From the NCBI GenBank assembly GCA_904063045.1, contig CAJFCJ010000028.1, positions 560,192-624,191 of the forward strand: 64,000 nt of DNA. Reading direction: 5' to 3'. The notes beneath the pieces were generated by a model. That model had not been told where the DNA came from. It did not search any database and worked only from the letters and a program-made list of their open reading frames with translations. A program made the translations under genes and the position numbers. This DNA comes from Dimorphilus gyrociliatus. Taxonomy: Eukaryota; Animalia; Annelida. Shown here piece by piece: positions 41,833-54,147 of the stretch (the first letter of the stretch is position 1; every line of letters begins with the position of its first letter).

Positions 41833-44313
41833 GACGTGGGTGTCCGGAAATTTTTTCTATAATGAAATCCATTTACTTTTTCATGGGGTTAAAAATTATA
41901 GGGCTTTATTTTATCCAAAGAGGAAACGTCGGAAGGATCTTCCAGTATTGCTTCCGGCCTTTAAATATAATAATGGTTATTTATCAACAATTCATTACAG
42001 GTCATTAAACAACCCGAAATAAGCCTATTATTGTTCTTGATAAATTCTTTCAACAAATATAAATTGACAAATAACCATATTAAAGTACTTAAGGGCTACT
42101 AATAATCCCTTCTCAGTAATAATTGACAATATAACTGTCAAATATTCGTGTTTCTCCCAATCCATCATATTGTCTTGTAATAATATTTTCAAAGGGAAAA
42201 AAAAAAGGAAAACTTTTTGTGTTTCATTCAAATCAATTACTTTTTTTTAACGACAGAAACAATGTTTGAATAGTTGTTTTATCCATAGAGAAAGAAAAAA
42301 TAATCAATACCATTTCAGAATCATCAATTCATACAAAAGAAAGCTAAAATTTAATAAGGTTATTCCAAATAATATGACACAATCAATTGAGAAAATATAA
42401 AAAGCATTAATTTTTTCTTCATAATGTAAGTATTATGACATAAAACAATAAATTATGCATGATAAAAAAACGGTTGGTAAACTATGCAGTATTTAAAGAT
42501 ATCTATTAAAAGAATAATTTACAAATTACTTAAATTCTCATCGTAAGTCTACTATAAGTAACTTTCTTTATATTCTTGGATATTTTTCTTTTTTTTTGTT
42601 AAATAAACTAAAAAATGTTGAGCTGGTAAAATAATTAGAATGTTTACTGCAAAAAAAGGCAGTAACCATGACTGGAATTTAACGTGTGCCTTAACTATTC
42701 ACTTTCTCCTTTCTCTCTCTCTCTCTCCTTTTTTTTCTGTATTCTGTATATAGTGTTTTATCCTGCCTTTTCTCAGCTTCAGGCCTATTTTATCTTTCAT
42801 TTACATTCACTGAAAATTATTAAAATATAAACAAAAAGAGAGAGAGGGAAAACGTGTAAAATCGAATATAAATAATTCATTTTGTCTTCATTTTTCTAGT
42901 AATATATAATATAATGATTTATCATGAAGTCTATATGTAAAATACTTGTTTTATTGGTATGAGAATTATATAAATTTTCTGTTTTGTTAATTATATACAG
43001 TATATACATATATCTTATTCTACTACTGTTGTTTTATTTTAATAATTATGCTGTCAGTAATTTTCGGACACCCAAAAAGAAGGGAAGAATATATTTTTAC
43101 TGCATATACATATATATATGTATATATACATATATAAAGTATGAATATCTTATTAGATATATAACTTTTTCTTATTTTGAGTTTTATGGCAGATACAATA
43201 TGCATGTAAAATGTACAGAAATTGATTAAAGTATAAATGTGCAAGTACTTGTAGGAATTGCATATACATATACATATACTGTATATTGATATGCAGTATG
43301 TATTTAAATTTTACCATTAAATATCTTTTGTATTGATAACTGTGTCTGCTTTTTAGATAAAAAAAAGAAAACAACAATAACAACAATTTATCTCGCACCA
43401 GTATTTTGTTGATGATTATAACGCACTTGATCTACATTTATTATGTTATTTAAGCAACAAAACAAATAAAATCAGTATTTATTTTCTTTTCATCTAACAA
43501 AAATATGAAATAAATATTGCAAGAAAATTTAATAGTACAATACATTCGTTCTTTAAATATTTGTTTTTTTTCCTTTAAAAGTCATAAAACAACAACTTTA
43601 AAAATTATTAATAAGAAATTATTTGAAATGATAACTTTATTACTCTTTCAAAATAATCGAATAATAATCTTATTGCTCTCTCTAAAAAGATTACAAATCT
43701 TTTCGCTTCCCTCTTTGAAGATTTTTAGGAAGTATTAATTTTTGAAATTTAAGAGTTTAAATACTATTTAACGATATGAAAGGCAGAGAGAAAAGAAAAT
43801 TAGATTAAATTAGGAGAATTCCAAGAAAATAGTTTTTGAAAGTGACTGCAATTGTTAAAAGAGTTTTCATTTAATCAAAAGTATAACATTGAAACGAAAT
43901 GCTACTGAATTGTGATATATATTGTGGATTAACAGTTCTCTTGGATGGATTCTCTTTATTTACTTTATTCTGTACATTTTATTTCTTTTTTAAAGTTATT
44001 AATATAGATGTTACTCTTTTTAAAATACAGCACATCTTGCTTTTTTTATTCTTTGACCTAAATGTTGTCGGTCTAAGATAGAATTCTTAATCCATAGCCG
44101 AACGATGACAGGCTTTAGGGAGTCAATGCTAAACCTTGATAAAGATAAATAGGGGAACAAAGAATAAATTTAAGGACTAGTTTATGAAATTATTATCTTA
44201 ACAGTAATCTTCCTATCGTCCCTCTCCCATCTTTCCATCACATAATACAGAATGTATTTTCCATGCCTATCTAGCCTACTTTGTCTAGCCTATATTGTCT
44301 ACTTTTACTTGTA

Positions 44314-44349
44314 TCACATGATTTGTCACGTGCCGTTCAGATCATGTGA
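44314..44349 (+). promoter_or_regulatory. Cluster of three CLEAR/M-box-like E-boxes upstream of beta-mannosidase
   Basis: TCACATGA (44314), GTCACGTG (44325) and TCATGTGA (44342), 40-75 nt before the ATG at 44389. Confidence 0.6.
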
Positions 44350-44388
44350 TTGTTTAGTTTGATATTTGATAGAAAAAAAAGGAGAAGA

Positions 44389-47300
44389 ATGAAATTCTTT
44401 ATTATATTTTTAGTAATACTTGAAATAAATAGCGAAAAATATATTCCACTGGATGGTTTATGGTCTCTTAGATCAAATAGTAAGATAGAATAAAGAATTG
44501 TCACTTAATTCGTCTTTAAAAGGAAAATTACATTCAACAACAATTAAATTTACAGGCAAAAACTTGACAAATATTCCTGCAACTGTTCCTGGTAATGTCT
44601 ACACAGACTTAAGAGCGCATGGTATACTTAAAAAGCCACTATATTACAGAGATAATGATCAGAAATACAGATGGGTCAGTAGAGTTGACGATTGGACTTA
44701 TACAAGAAATTTTACAGGTTTTACCAAAATCAATTAGCTTAGTATAAACTAATAAGATAAAGAAGCTTAGCATTATTGTATTTTTCCATTCTTTCTATTC
44801 CAGTCTCCCAAGACGACATAAAACATGGAAAAATTGAACTAGTTTTCGAGGGATTAGATACAATTGCCCAAATCTATATAAATAAGATAATGATTTATGA
44901 AGCAACCAATATGTTTCGACTCTACTCTTTTAACATAAAAAGCTTGCTGAAAGCGTCCTTGAACAGTATAACTGTAAAGTTTTCTTCTCCTATCAAATAT
45001 TCAGCTGCAAAAGCATCTCAATATAAAAAGAGGTTTTCTTATGACGTTCCTCCAAAGTGCCCTCCAACTGTGCAAAATGGAGAATGCAATTTTAACTTTA
45101 TCAGAAAACGAGCGTCCAGTTTCAGTTGGGATTGGGGTCCAGCTTTTCCCGGAGTAGGAATTTGGAAAAGCGTCTACCTAAGACTCTACTCTTCTGCTAC
45201 TTTAACTCAAATTGTCGCTTATCCTGTCAAAGACGGTAGAATTTTCAATTTATAATTATCTAACACTTAATAAAGCGACCAATAGATGGCGCCTATGTTT
45301 GGTACATTTTTTAGTAAAACTCGGTCTCGACCAATTCGATTATAAAATGTTAAATAAGTCGAATATTAAAGAGCTTTATTATCATTTATATACAGTATAG
45401 TATATAATATATATACTGTATATATGCATAATATAGATAGTAATATAATATGTACTATACTACTGTATATACACTGCATATTTATATAAAACTTCTTTGT
45501 GATAGCCAAGTTGGGCTGGTTTGTTAAAGGCTCTCTATATTTCAACGTAGTTTTGGCTCAAAAAGGAAAATTAACCTTATCCATCGCCAATGTTATTAAA
45601 GTAAGCAATGACGTAGTACTGTTTGCTGATGAGCATAAATACGACTTCTCAATGCATGTCATCCGAGTAAGTTAATTTTCGAATCTATTTAACTTAAGAT
45701 TTTACAAACATTCTAAGAGGTAATAGATACCGCTCTTTAGTTTTATTTTAACTTTGTCCTTCCTTGCCTTCTCCTCTTCGACACCTAGCCAATAAAGCTG
45801 TGGTGGCCTAATGGCTATGGAAAGCAAAATCTGTACAATCTAACTATCAAGTTTACTACTTCTGACGAAAGTACTGAAAAAACAGTTGAAATCGGATTTA
45901 GAACAATAGAACTTATACGAAATCCAATTGGGAACGATAAAAAAGGAGATTATTTTTATTTTAAAATAAATAATCTACCAATATATATTAAAGGATCAAA
46001 TTGGATTCCAGCTGATAGTTTTCCCAATGAAATAAGCGTTGCAAAATTAGAGTTACTATTAAAATCAGCTAAACTTACAGGAATGAATGCTTTAAGAGTT
46101 TGGGGAGGTTTGCAATCAAATAAATAATTCATTTAATTCAGAGATAATTATTTATATATTCCACTAATTTTAGGTGGAATTTACGAATCAGACAAATTTT
46201 ATCAATTGACCAATCAATACGGAATAATGATATGGCAAGATTTAATGTTTGCTTGTAGTATGTATCCAAAAGATGAAGAATTTCTTGTTAATGTGGCAAG
46301 GGAAATTGACTATCAAGTTTTAAGGTTATCAAATCATCCATCTATAACTGTATGGTCGTTTAATAACGAAAATGAAGCTGCACTAAGAGAGAATTGGTAC
46401 AACACTTCGAATAATTATCGCCAATACTATGAGGATTATATTAAATTATATATTAAGACCATCAAGGGAATTGTCGAAAAAGACTCCACTCGTCCTTCTA
46501 CCCCTTCTAGGTAAGGAATTTGCATTATCACCCTGATATCATATCACACAACTCAAAGCTACTTTTTTATCTTTTATTACGAAACCAGTCCATCAAACGG
46601 TCTATTAACTGAGAAACAAAATTGGGTTGCCAATAATCCTCAAGACCCACTTTATGGAGACGTGCATTACTATAATTATATAGGTGATAGCTGGAATTGG
46701 ACAATATATCCAATACCACGGTTTTTATCAGAATTTGGTTTGCAATCTTGGCCGTCAAGTTACACTATGAACACGGCTTTCGACAAATCGGATTGGTTCA
46801 TCAATAGTTCAGTTGCTAGTAATAGACAGCATCATCCGAATGGTACTAAAGAACTAAATGCTCAAATTCAGAGTCACTTTAAAGATTTGCCAAAATCTAA
46901 AGACCCCAAAAAATATTTTGAAGATTTTATGTTTCTTACACAGGTTAGTAGGTATATATATACAATATATATTGATATTATACTGCATTTTTATTCTCTT
47001 TAATAAATATAAATGATTTTCCTCTCTCTCCGTTTCTTCACATTTAGATTAACCAAGCTGAAGGAATACGGACAGAAGCCGAACTAATGAGACGTATGCA
47101 AAATTTTTTCAACAGTAAAGGGCAAGGCCATACTATGGGAACGCTATATTGGCAATTAAATGACATTTGGCAAGCGCCAACGTGGTCTTCAATAGGTCTT
47201 TTTTTCACTTTAAAAAACTAAACAAATAGTAAATATATTCTATTATACTATGCTTCTATCCAATAGATTATCTCGGCAAGTGGAAGATGTTACAATATTT

Positions 47301-47949
47301 CGCCAGGAGATTCTACTCCAATCCGACTCTTTCAAGTTATATAGATAATGATGTTATTAAATTACATTTTCTACAGGATATCTTACCCAATAATGACACA
47401 AACGACAATAATCTAAGATTTAGGTCTTTGCTAAACCTAGAGCCCGGAAACTATGTCAAAAAGAGTCTTTTAGTTTTAAAAGTAATAGTCTTCAAATGGA
47501 GTTCTTTAAATCCTATTGCATCTCAAAAGTTTAATATCCAACGGCCAATTTATTCTTCTGCGGAAATATATCAACAAAATATTAGACAACTGTTACAAAT
47601 GGCAAATGCTTCGAAAAGTGAACTCTTTCTTGTCTTTGAAGCCACTTCCGACAATATAATTCTGTATAATTGGATACCTCTCGCCTATTATAAAGACATT
47701 AATCTTCCTAAACCCAAAATACAAATTAAGGACTTAACTAAAAAAACAGCAACCAAGTTTACAATTGAATTATCTACTGATAACATTGCTGCCTACGTTT
47801 GGCTAGAAGTTTATGAATGTCAGGGTTATTTTTCGGAAAACGGTTTCTTAATGTACAGGAGAGAGTATCAAGTGGAATTTTACAGTTGGAAAGAATGCAA
47901 TAATCTTAATGATATAACAGTTAAGACTTTGAACCATTTATATAATTAA
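44389..47949 (+). CDS. MANBA: Lysosomal beta-mannosidase (GH2, ~895 aa)
   Basis: Nine GT-AG exons: 44389-44479, 44556-44717, 44804-45235, 45506-45666, 45789-46107, 46174-46510, 46589-46943, 47048-47195, 47267-47949 (2688 nt). Signal peptide MKFFIIFLVILEINS. Motifs ATVPGNVYTDL, FEGLDTIA, SFSWDWGPAFP, LWWPNGYG, VWGGGIYE, WQDLMFACSMYP, NNENE (acid/base Glu), SEFG (nucleophile Glu) and YWQLNDIWQAPTWSSIDY. Confidence 0.95.
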
Positions 47950-47978
47950 TATCAATATTTGCTTTTGGTAAAAGAAAA

Positions 47979-47987
47979 TTTATTAAA
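47979..47987. terminator. Overlapping bidirectional poly(A) signal candidate (AATAAA minus / ATTAAA plus)
   Basis: TTTATTAAA lies in the 208-nt gap between the convergent MANBA (47949) and KANSL2 (48158) stop codons. Confidence 0.4.
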
Positions 47988-48157
47988 GATTATTATTTCT
48001 TTCACCAGAGTAACTTTGAGATATTTTACATCCATATCTGTACACCTTTTTACATTTAAAAAAATACGACTTAAGAAGAGAATCCATACAGCATGCTTTT
48101 TTTCTTCTTTTGAAAAAAACAGCTTTTATACGCTATATGTAACAGTCAAAACAATTT

Positions 48158-49844
48158 TTAATCCTGCTCCACGTCCAACATAGACGAATCCAATTTCGTC
48201 TGATTATTTTCGTTAGGCAAGTTGGAACTTTGCAGTGTTGGTGGTAATATATGATCTTCGCAAAATACAAGGTCGGGACAATGGGAGATAATAGGTTTTC
48301 CGCAATCTTCTCTTAAACACTTCGAAAAAAGCTGTTAAAATCAAACAAAAACAGTTACTAAACAAGACTTTTCGATTTTGAAGATAGTCACTTACTACTT
48401 GTTCAGAATCACTTAAAATGTGCTGCAAGCAGTGCTTGGTGGCAGGCAGGACTGGCTCTTGACAATTAGTTTGGACGCAGAGTTCAGTGTCATCGATCTT
48501 CTTTTCAATTCCTTTGTTCTTTTGAGCTTCGTGCAGCAATGCTTCCTGATAACAATTTACTTATTAAAAAAATTCATTTCACTTGTAAAAGATAATGAAA
48601 GATAATCTATTTAAATCCCTGCTCAAAGATCCCTCAGATTTTTCTTTCAATTAATCAATGTTTTAATAATAACTATTCTTAAAGAAAAGATATAATACAA
48701 AAGAATTTTATTGTGATAGATTTACTAACAATTCCGGATGGCTTATGAAAATTCTTCATCGCCTTCATGCATTCGTAGTCATAACGTTGTTCGGGATCAT
48801 ATTTAGCATGTCTCGTACTTCCGTAGCCTGTTTCCGCTTCAATTTTTCTTGCCAACATATACTTTCTTCTCTTCTGCTTCAATTCGTACTGAAACAGGAG
48901 CAATAAATATACAATTACTTCGTAAATAATGTCCTATTAGAAAGATATGCATATATACATATATATATATTTTAATACAAACTTGTAAATAGCGAAATTG
49001 TTCTATATATAATGTTTGTAGTCTCATAAGCTTCTCTTTCATTAGGGTTGCAAGTTCTTCAGGTGTATATACTCCCGCATTGCTAATAAACGAAATATTG
49101 CTCTTAATTGGCATTTTTGATATGAACTGAGTCTTTTGTTTAATATAAATGAAATTAATAAGCACTTTAGAGGCTCCGCAGGTTCATTGTCCAAGCTGTC
49201 ATTGTCGCTATCATCTTCTCCAGTCCATGTGTTAGAAACACACATACTTTCGAGATCTGATTCGTCTGACCCATTTGGTTCACCTGTTGAAAGAAAAAAA
49301 GGATAAACAAAAATAGATTTAATATTTTATATAGATTTTATATAAATTAGTTTAAGATAATATTTCATTATTCTTTTAGTTAATTATACACTTTATAATA
49401 AGAAATATTGGAAGTATTCTTACATAAAACTTTCTTGGCTAAACTTTCTTGAATTGGATCAATGCTTGTTGGATTTTTAACTGCATATTTATCCAGTTGT
49501 CCTAATAAATTGTCAGGCGTATCTTTTACGCCGCGTTTTTTCTTCAACTTTCTTCTTTGAGCTTGTGTCTTTTTTAAATGATCGTAGCACATTCTATAAA
49601 AATATCATATGACTTTAGATGAGTGCTATCTTTAACTAATAATTTTTACTTACAGCTCTTTACAACCACTTCGGTCACTCCGCAGAGTCGGCTTACAGCA
49701 TCTTCGTGCAGTTTTGGCATCGGTATATGTACATTGCTGCAATTGACTATTTTTGTCTTCTAATAAATGGCTTGTACAATAGTCGTATCCATCGTGTTTA
49801 TTTCGGAGACACACTCGGTGTGGATAGGCACAATATATATCCAT
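48158..49844 (-). CDS. KANSL2: KAT8 regulatory NSL complex subunit 2 (~353 aa)
   Basis: Seven exons: 49844-49654, 49593-49424, 49283-49166, 49082-48983, 48888-48730, 48545-48396, 48331-48158 (1062 nt). It has the C3H-type fingers CAYPHRVC...YCTSHLLEDKN...QCTY, the segment TWTGEDDSDNDSLD...PL..AGVYTPEELATLMKEKLMRLQTLYIEQF, and LPATKHCLQHI, all matching the KANSL2 family. A non-coding first exon ends at the donor near 49983. Confidence 0.93.
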
Positions 49845-49982
49845 TAACGGTTAATCTGAAAATTTTGGCGGGTGTGTAAGTAACGCCATCTACTAGTCTT
49901 TGAAAATTAGAAGATAATATGAATTTTCCTATTCACGCAATTTTTAAATCCTTGCTAGCTAAATAAATTATTATGTATTTAC

Positions 49983-50276
49983 CTGGAATGTTACATAAAA
50001 TATCACACGATTACCGTTCCTTTTATCGAGAAAACGGTGATGCGTATGAGATTTTGATGGCCGATCCAAAAGGAAGCTTCGTAATCTTAATTGCGGGACT
50101 ACAATTCAATAATACTTAATATAAAATCGCGACAAAAAATACCTTTCTAAAATTTATTATAAATTTATTTCAGCGAGTAGATATAAATGTTTTTTCTTTA
50201 TTTTCTCGTATTTTAATTTTTTTTAAAACATTTGAAAGAAGAATTTTTTAGCCAATGAGCGTCGAGAAATTATTCA
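49983..50276. promoter_or_regulatory. Short bidirectional promoter region between KANSL2 and cyclin T
   Basis: The genes are head-to-head. The KANSL2 5'UTR donor (~49983) is about 295 nt from the cyclin T ATG, and the interval is locally CpG-richer. Confidence 0.65.
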
Positions 50277-53073
50277 ATGCGGGAGGGATTAATGGCGGCT
50301 GGTAGCAAACGATGGATCTTTACAGCCGAACAACTTCAAAATACGCCTTCCCGGCAAGATGGAGTAGACGGAAAAAAAGAATTATATTATAGGCAACAAG
50401 CTGCTAGTACAATTCAAGATTTAGGACAAAAATTACAAGTGTATCCTTTTTTTTCGTTTTCCAGCATGCTGTCAAAAAGGTTGATGGCTTTCGCTATATA
50501 TTGTATGGCTTATTTAGTATTTTATGCAGTAAGCAGGTCAAATAGGGGACTGTTAGCTAAATACCTATTTCTCTGTGGAAGAGATTAATTAAAATTCAGG
50601 ATTATATTCTCGATGAGTCATTTCCTTAACTAGATAGTACGCAATTATGTATAAATACAGCTATAGTTTATATGCATCGTTTCTACATGTTCCATTCCTT
50701 CCTGAAGTTTTCAAGAAACGTAAGTATTAGCTTTTTTTCAATATTTTGCTCTTGAGCAAGTTAAAAAAACACGTGATCTACCTTTCCTGAGTATCTTTAG
50801 TTTTCGTGTGAATTTTAAAGTAATATATATAAAAAACCTTAGGTTTAACTTCAAATTATCATATGTAATATATTTAAGCTCAGAATTTCTGTAAAACAAC
50901 CTAATTTCACCGAAATCTGAATGAAAAACTCAATTTTGAATTATTGATTAAATTTACCGGCAGATGAGATGATTATAGCAGCTGTACTTTATTTCTAATA
51001 AAGATGATAAAATTTGATATATTCTTTAAAACTTACAATAAATTAACTCTTAATATCTGCATTTTCAGACCGTCTCCCTTGCTTGTTTGTTTTTGGCTGC
51101 CAAAGTGGAAGAACAACCGAAAAAATTAGAATACTTAGTCCGATATAGCTACATGATGTCCCACAACAAAGATCCAAAGAACCTGGACGTGAAAAGCAAA
51201 GTAATTAATTATCATTTGTAAATTATTTTATTTTTTAACGTTCTTATTATTTATAGGAATTTAGTGAAAAAGGTCAAGAATTAATCGAGTACGAGAGTTT
51301 CTTACTGCAAACATTAGGCAAGTGCTTTTTTATAGGAAGGCACAATTGATTATAAAGTAGTTTGTGCAGGATTTGATTTGACTGTCACTCATCCTCACAT
51401 GCACGTTATGGAGACATGCAATCTAGTCAGAGGTAATTATACAACTTTTCTATCTCTTCTAAACTTACTTTCATAAAAAGTTTGCATTGCAAGACCAAAG
51501 AATTTCAGCTTTTATGTCTATCCAATCGAAGAGCCGAGATTATTAAGAACAGTTAAAAAAACCATACCTGAATATTTATTTGGATGATATTCTTAAAAAC
51601 TCCTTCAAGGGAGTTGAAGCAATTATCAAGAATACATTCGTTTAAAAAATTGCTTTATTATTCTGTCAATTATTTAGTTGATAATTCTTACCTTAAATGC
51701 GGTTCAGGGATTCGTGCAAAGAAACAGCTTTCTTCGTATACTTTAAATTTTTAAATTTTGTGATTTTTACAGCTCCCAAAGATTTAGCTCAGACATCTTA
51801 CTTTCTAGCAACAAATAGTTTACATTTAACAACTTTATGTTTACAACACGAAACTAAAGTTGTATCAGTTGTTTGTATTCATTTGGCATGTAAATGGTCA
51901 AATTGGGAAATTCCAGAATCTAGCGAAGGAAAACCTTGGTGGCATTACACGGATAAGAGCATAACGAACAAATTGATTGACAGTAGGATATCCAATTTTA
52001 TTTTGTTAAAAAAATATAAAAGCTAAAAGATAATTACCAAATTCATAATGTTAATTCACCTTATTCAATTTCAATTTACACAGAACTGACTGACGAATTC
52101 CTAGCAGTTTTAGATCAATGCCCCAGTAAATTAAAAAGCAAAATTATGCAATGGGAGGTATGAAGCGATATGTTTATAAAATATATCAAATATGTTAAAT
52201 TGAAATTATTTTAAGAATAAAAAACCAAGCGATTCACCTCCCCAGTCTTCTGACAGTCCAGTTTCTACGACTGTTAGCAAACCACCAGTTAAGACAAGTA
52301 CAGCAAGTGAAACTCAGAAACCTCAAGTGCCGCCAGCAACTTCATCACATCAACATCATAATTCTGCACCAGGGAAACTAAGACCTCCTCATCTTCCTTC
52401 CACCGATACCAGCACATTACGACGAACATCAACAGAACCTGTCTTGGCTCACCATCATCACAATACCCATCATCATCATACCTCTGGGAATCCAAGCATG
52501 AGCAAACCCCCTCAGTCCCATCCACATAAAAAAATAGCTCCGCCAAGAACTCCTCTCGGATCCCCACCTCCTGCAAATATTCGACGCAGGGCGAAACCGC
52601 CGGAGGTGAAGAAACCAGAAGCCACAGGTCCGAAACAAGAACCTAAGAGAGAGATACCCGAAGTTAAAAAAGAAGCTACTGAACCGTCAAAAATACTTAA
52701 GGACGCTTTGCCCTCCCTTCCAAAGCCATTAAGTCCATTGGACAAAGTAAAACCAGAATCGTCCCCACCCAAGCAGGATGAACCAAAAGATTCAGAAAAA
52801 GAAAAGCTTGAGCTAGGTAAGATTACGATACGTATCAAAGTACCGACCGCTCCCGATGATCCTGCTGCTTTGGCATCTAATTCCAAAGATAAAAAGAAAA
52901 AGAAAAAGAAGCATAAAGAAGGGAAAGATAAAAAGCATAAAAAAGATAAGGATGATAGAAAAAGAGCTCATAGTCCAATAGCCAGTTCAGAAAGACCAAA
53001 AAAATTTCCAAAATTAGAGCCTGTATTAAATGGTGATAACGATAAAGGATTAAAGGTTAAGCTAAAAAAATAG
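50277..53073 (+). CDS. CCNT: Cyclin T (P-TEFb regulatory subunit, ~547 aa)
   Basis: Eight exons: 50277-50440, 50638-50719, 51069-51200, 51257-51317, 51370-51432, 51773-51982, 52084-52157, 52216-53073 (1644 nt). Motifs [50 protein letters not shown]...HPH and [19 protein letters not shown]...[14 protein letters not shown], plus a His/Pro/Lys-rich disordered tail. The start could be the second Met at 50292. Confidence 0.95.
50441..50637 (+). other. U12-type (minor spliceosome) GT-AG intron 1 of cyclin T
   Basis: 5' splice site GTATCCTTT at 50441, branch site TTTCCTTAAC at 50621-50630, AG at 50636-50637. Removal restores the conserved [16 protein letters not shown]. Confidence 0.88.
51318..51369 (+). 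other. GC-AG intron 4 of cyclin T (52 nt)
   Basis: TTAG|gcaagt...gtgcag|GA TTT. This is the only junction that gives the conserved QTLGFDL. Confidence 0.85.
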
Positions 53074-54147
53074 TCTGCTCAATGTTACGGGAAAGTGAAT
53101 TTGAAGTTGTCCAATAGGGGTGGGTTGAATCTATGAGGGATAGGAATTTATCATTTTTTTGTACATAATATCAAATTTTAAAAAAAAACTGTAAAACGTC
53201 TCTTTGTGCGAATTTAGCGTGAAATATGTTGGATCACATGCAGAAAACGATTCATTTACTATTTATTTCTTTGTAACGTCATGGTGTTTTTATGGGACCA
53301 CGATTAGGATTAGTTGTACATAAAATAGTGGTGTAAATGATTTTTATACATGATATTCAGTCTTTGGTTATGTCTTCTGTACAGGTTAACAATATATTAA
53401 CCGTTAGTCATTCTTGAAAAAAGCCTCTTCCACTTTGTTAACTGCTGTAGTATCCTTTATATTTATAAAACTAAAGAATATGTTTACCTCATAATGACAA
53501 CTTTTTTCAAGCTTAAAAAAATGAGTTTGCTCATTTTTTTACAGATATCTTATGTTTTAATCGTTACACCAAATAGCATAATTTAAATGGCAAGTTTTAT
53601 TATGTGCTAAATTTATCGAGGGAACAAAAATGTGAGTCTAACTGAGCTAAAGTTTCTAAACATAGGAGCTACAAAGGTTCACTCATCTTTGCACGTGTTT
53701 AGCCAGGTTTTTTTAGTTAGACTATAATCGTGTTGAAAAAACACTGCCTTTTCTATTATTTCAACCGTAAAAGTCGCTCTAATTAAACACTGTTTAAGAC
53801 AATCATTTTATTAATTGAATGATTAAATCATAATAATATTATGTATTGCATAATTTGTATATGTGTATACTGTATAATATATATATATATATATTTAAAA
53901 GCTAAGAACGAAAGTCTTGGTCGTCCCAAGATCATCATTCTTTGCCAAAAAAATAGCAAACAGACAAAAAAAAGTCGAGCAGGAGATACGAAACCTCAAA
54001 CATTACTTTATCACTTTTTTCTGTCAGTAATTAGACTTTGATAAGATTTTATACATTATTTTCATACAGTGACTGTTAAACAACATTTTTTTGAGTTTTT
54101 AAATGAAGTTATATAATTACTATATAGGTTATATTTTATTATATAAA

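Noticed and set aside
53361-53383. 11-nt match to the miR-9 5' end (TCTTTGGTTAT)
   Set aside because: The match diverges afterwards, there is no precursor hairpin, and it lies in the cyclin T 3' region.
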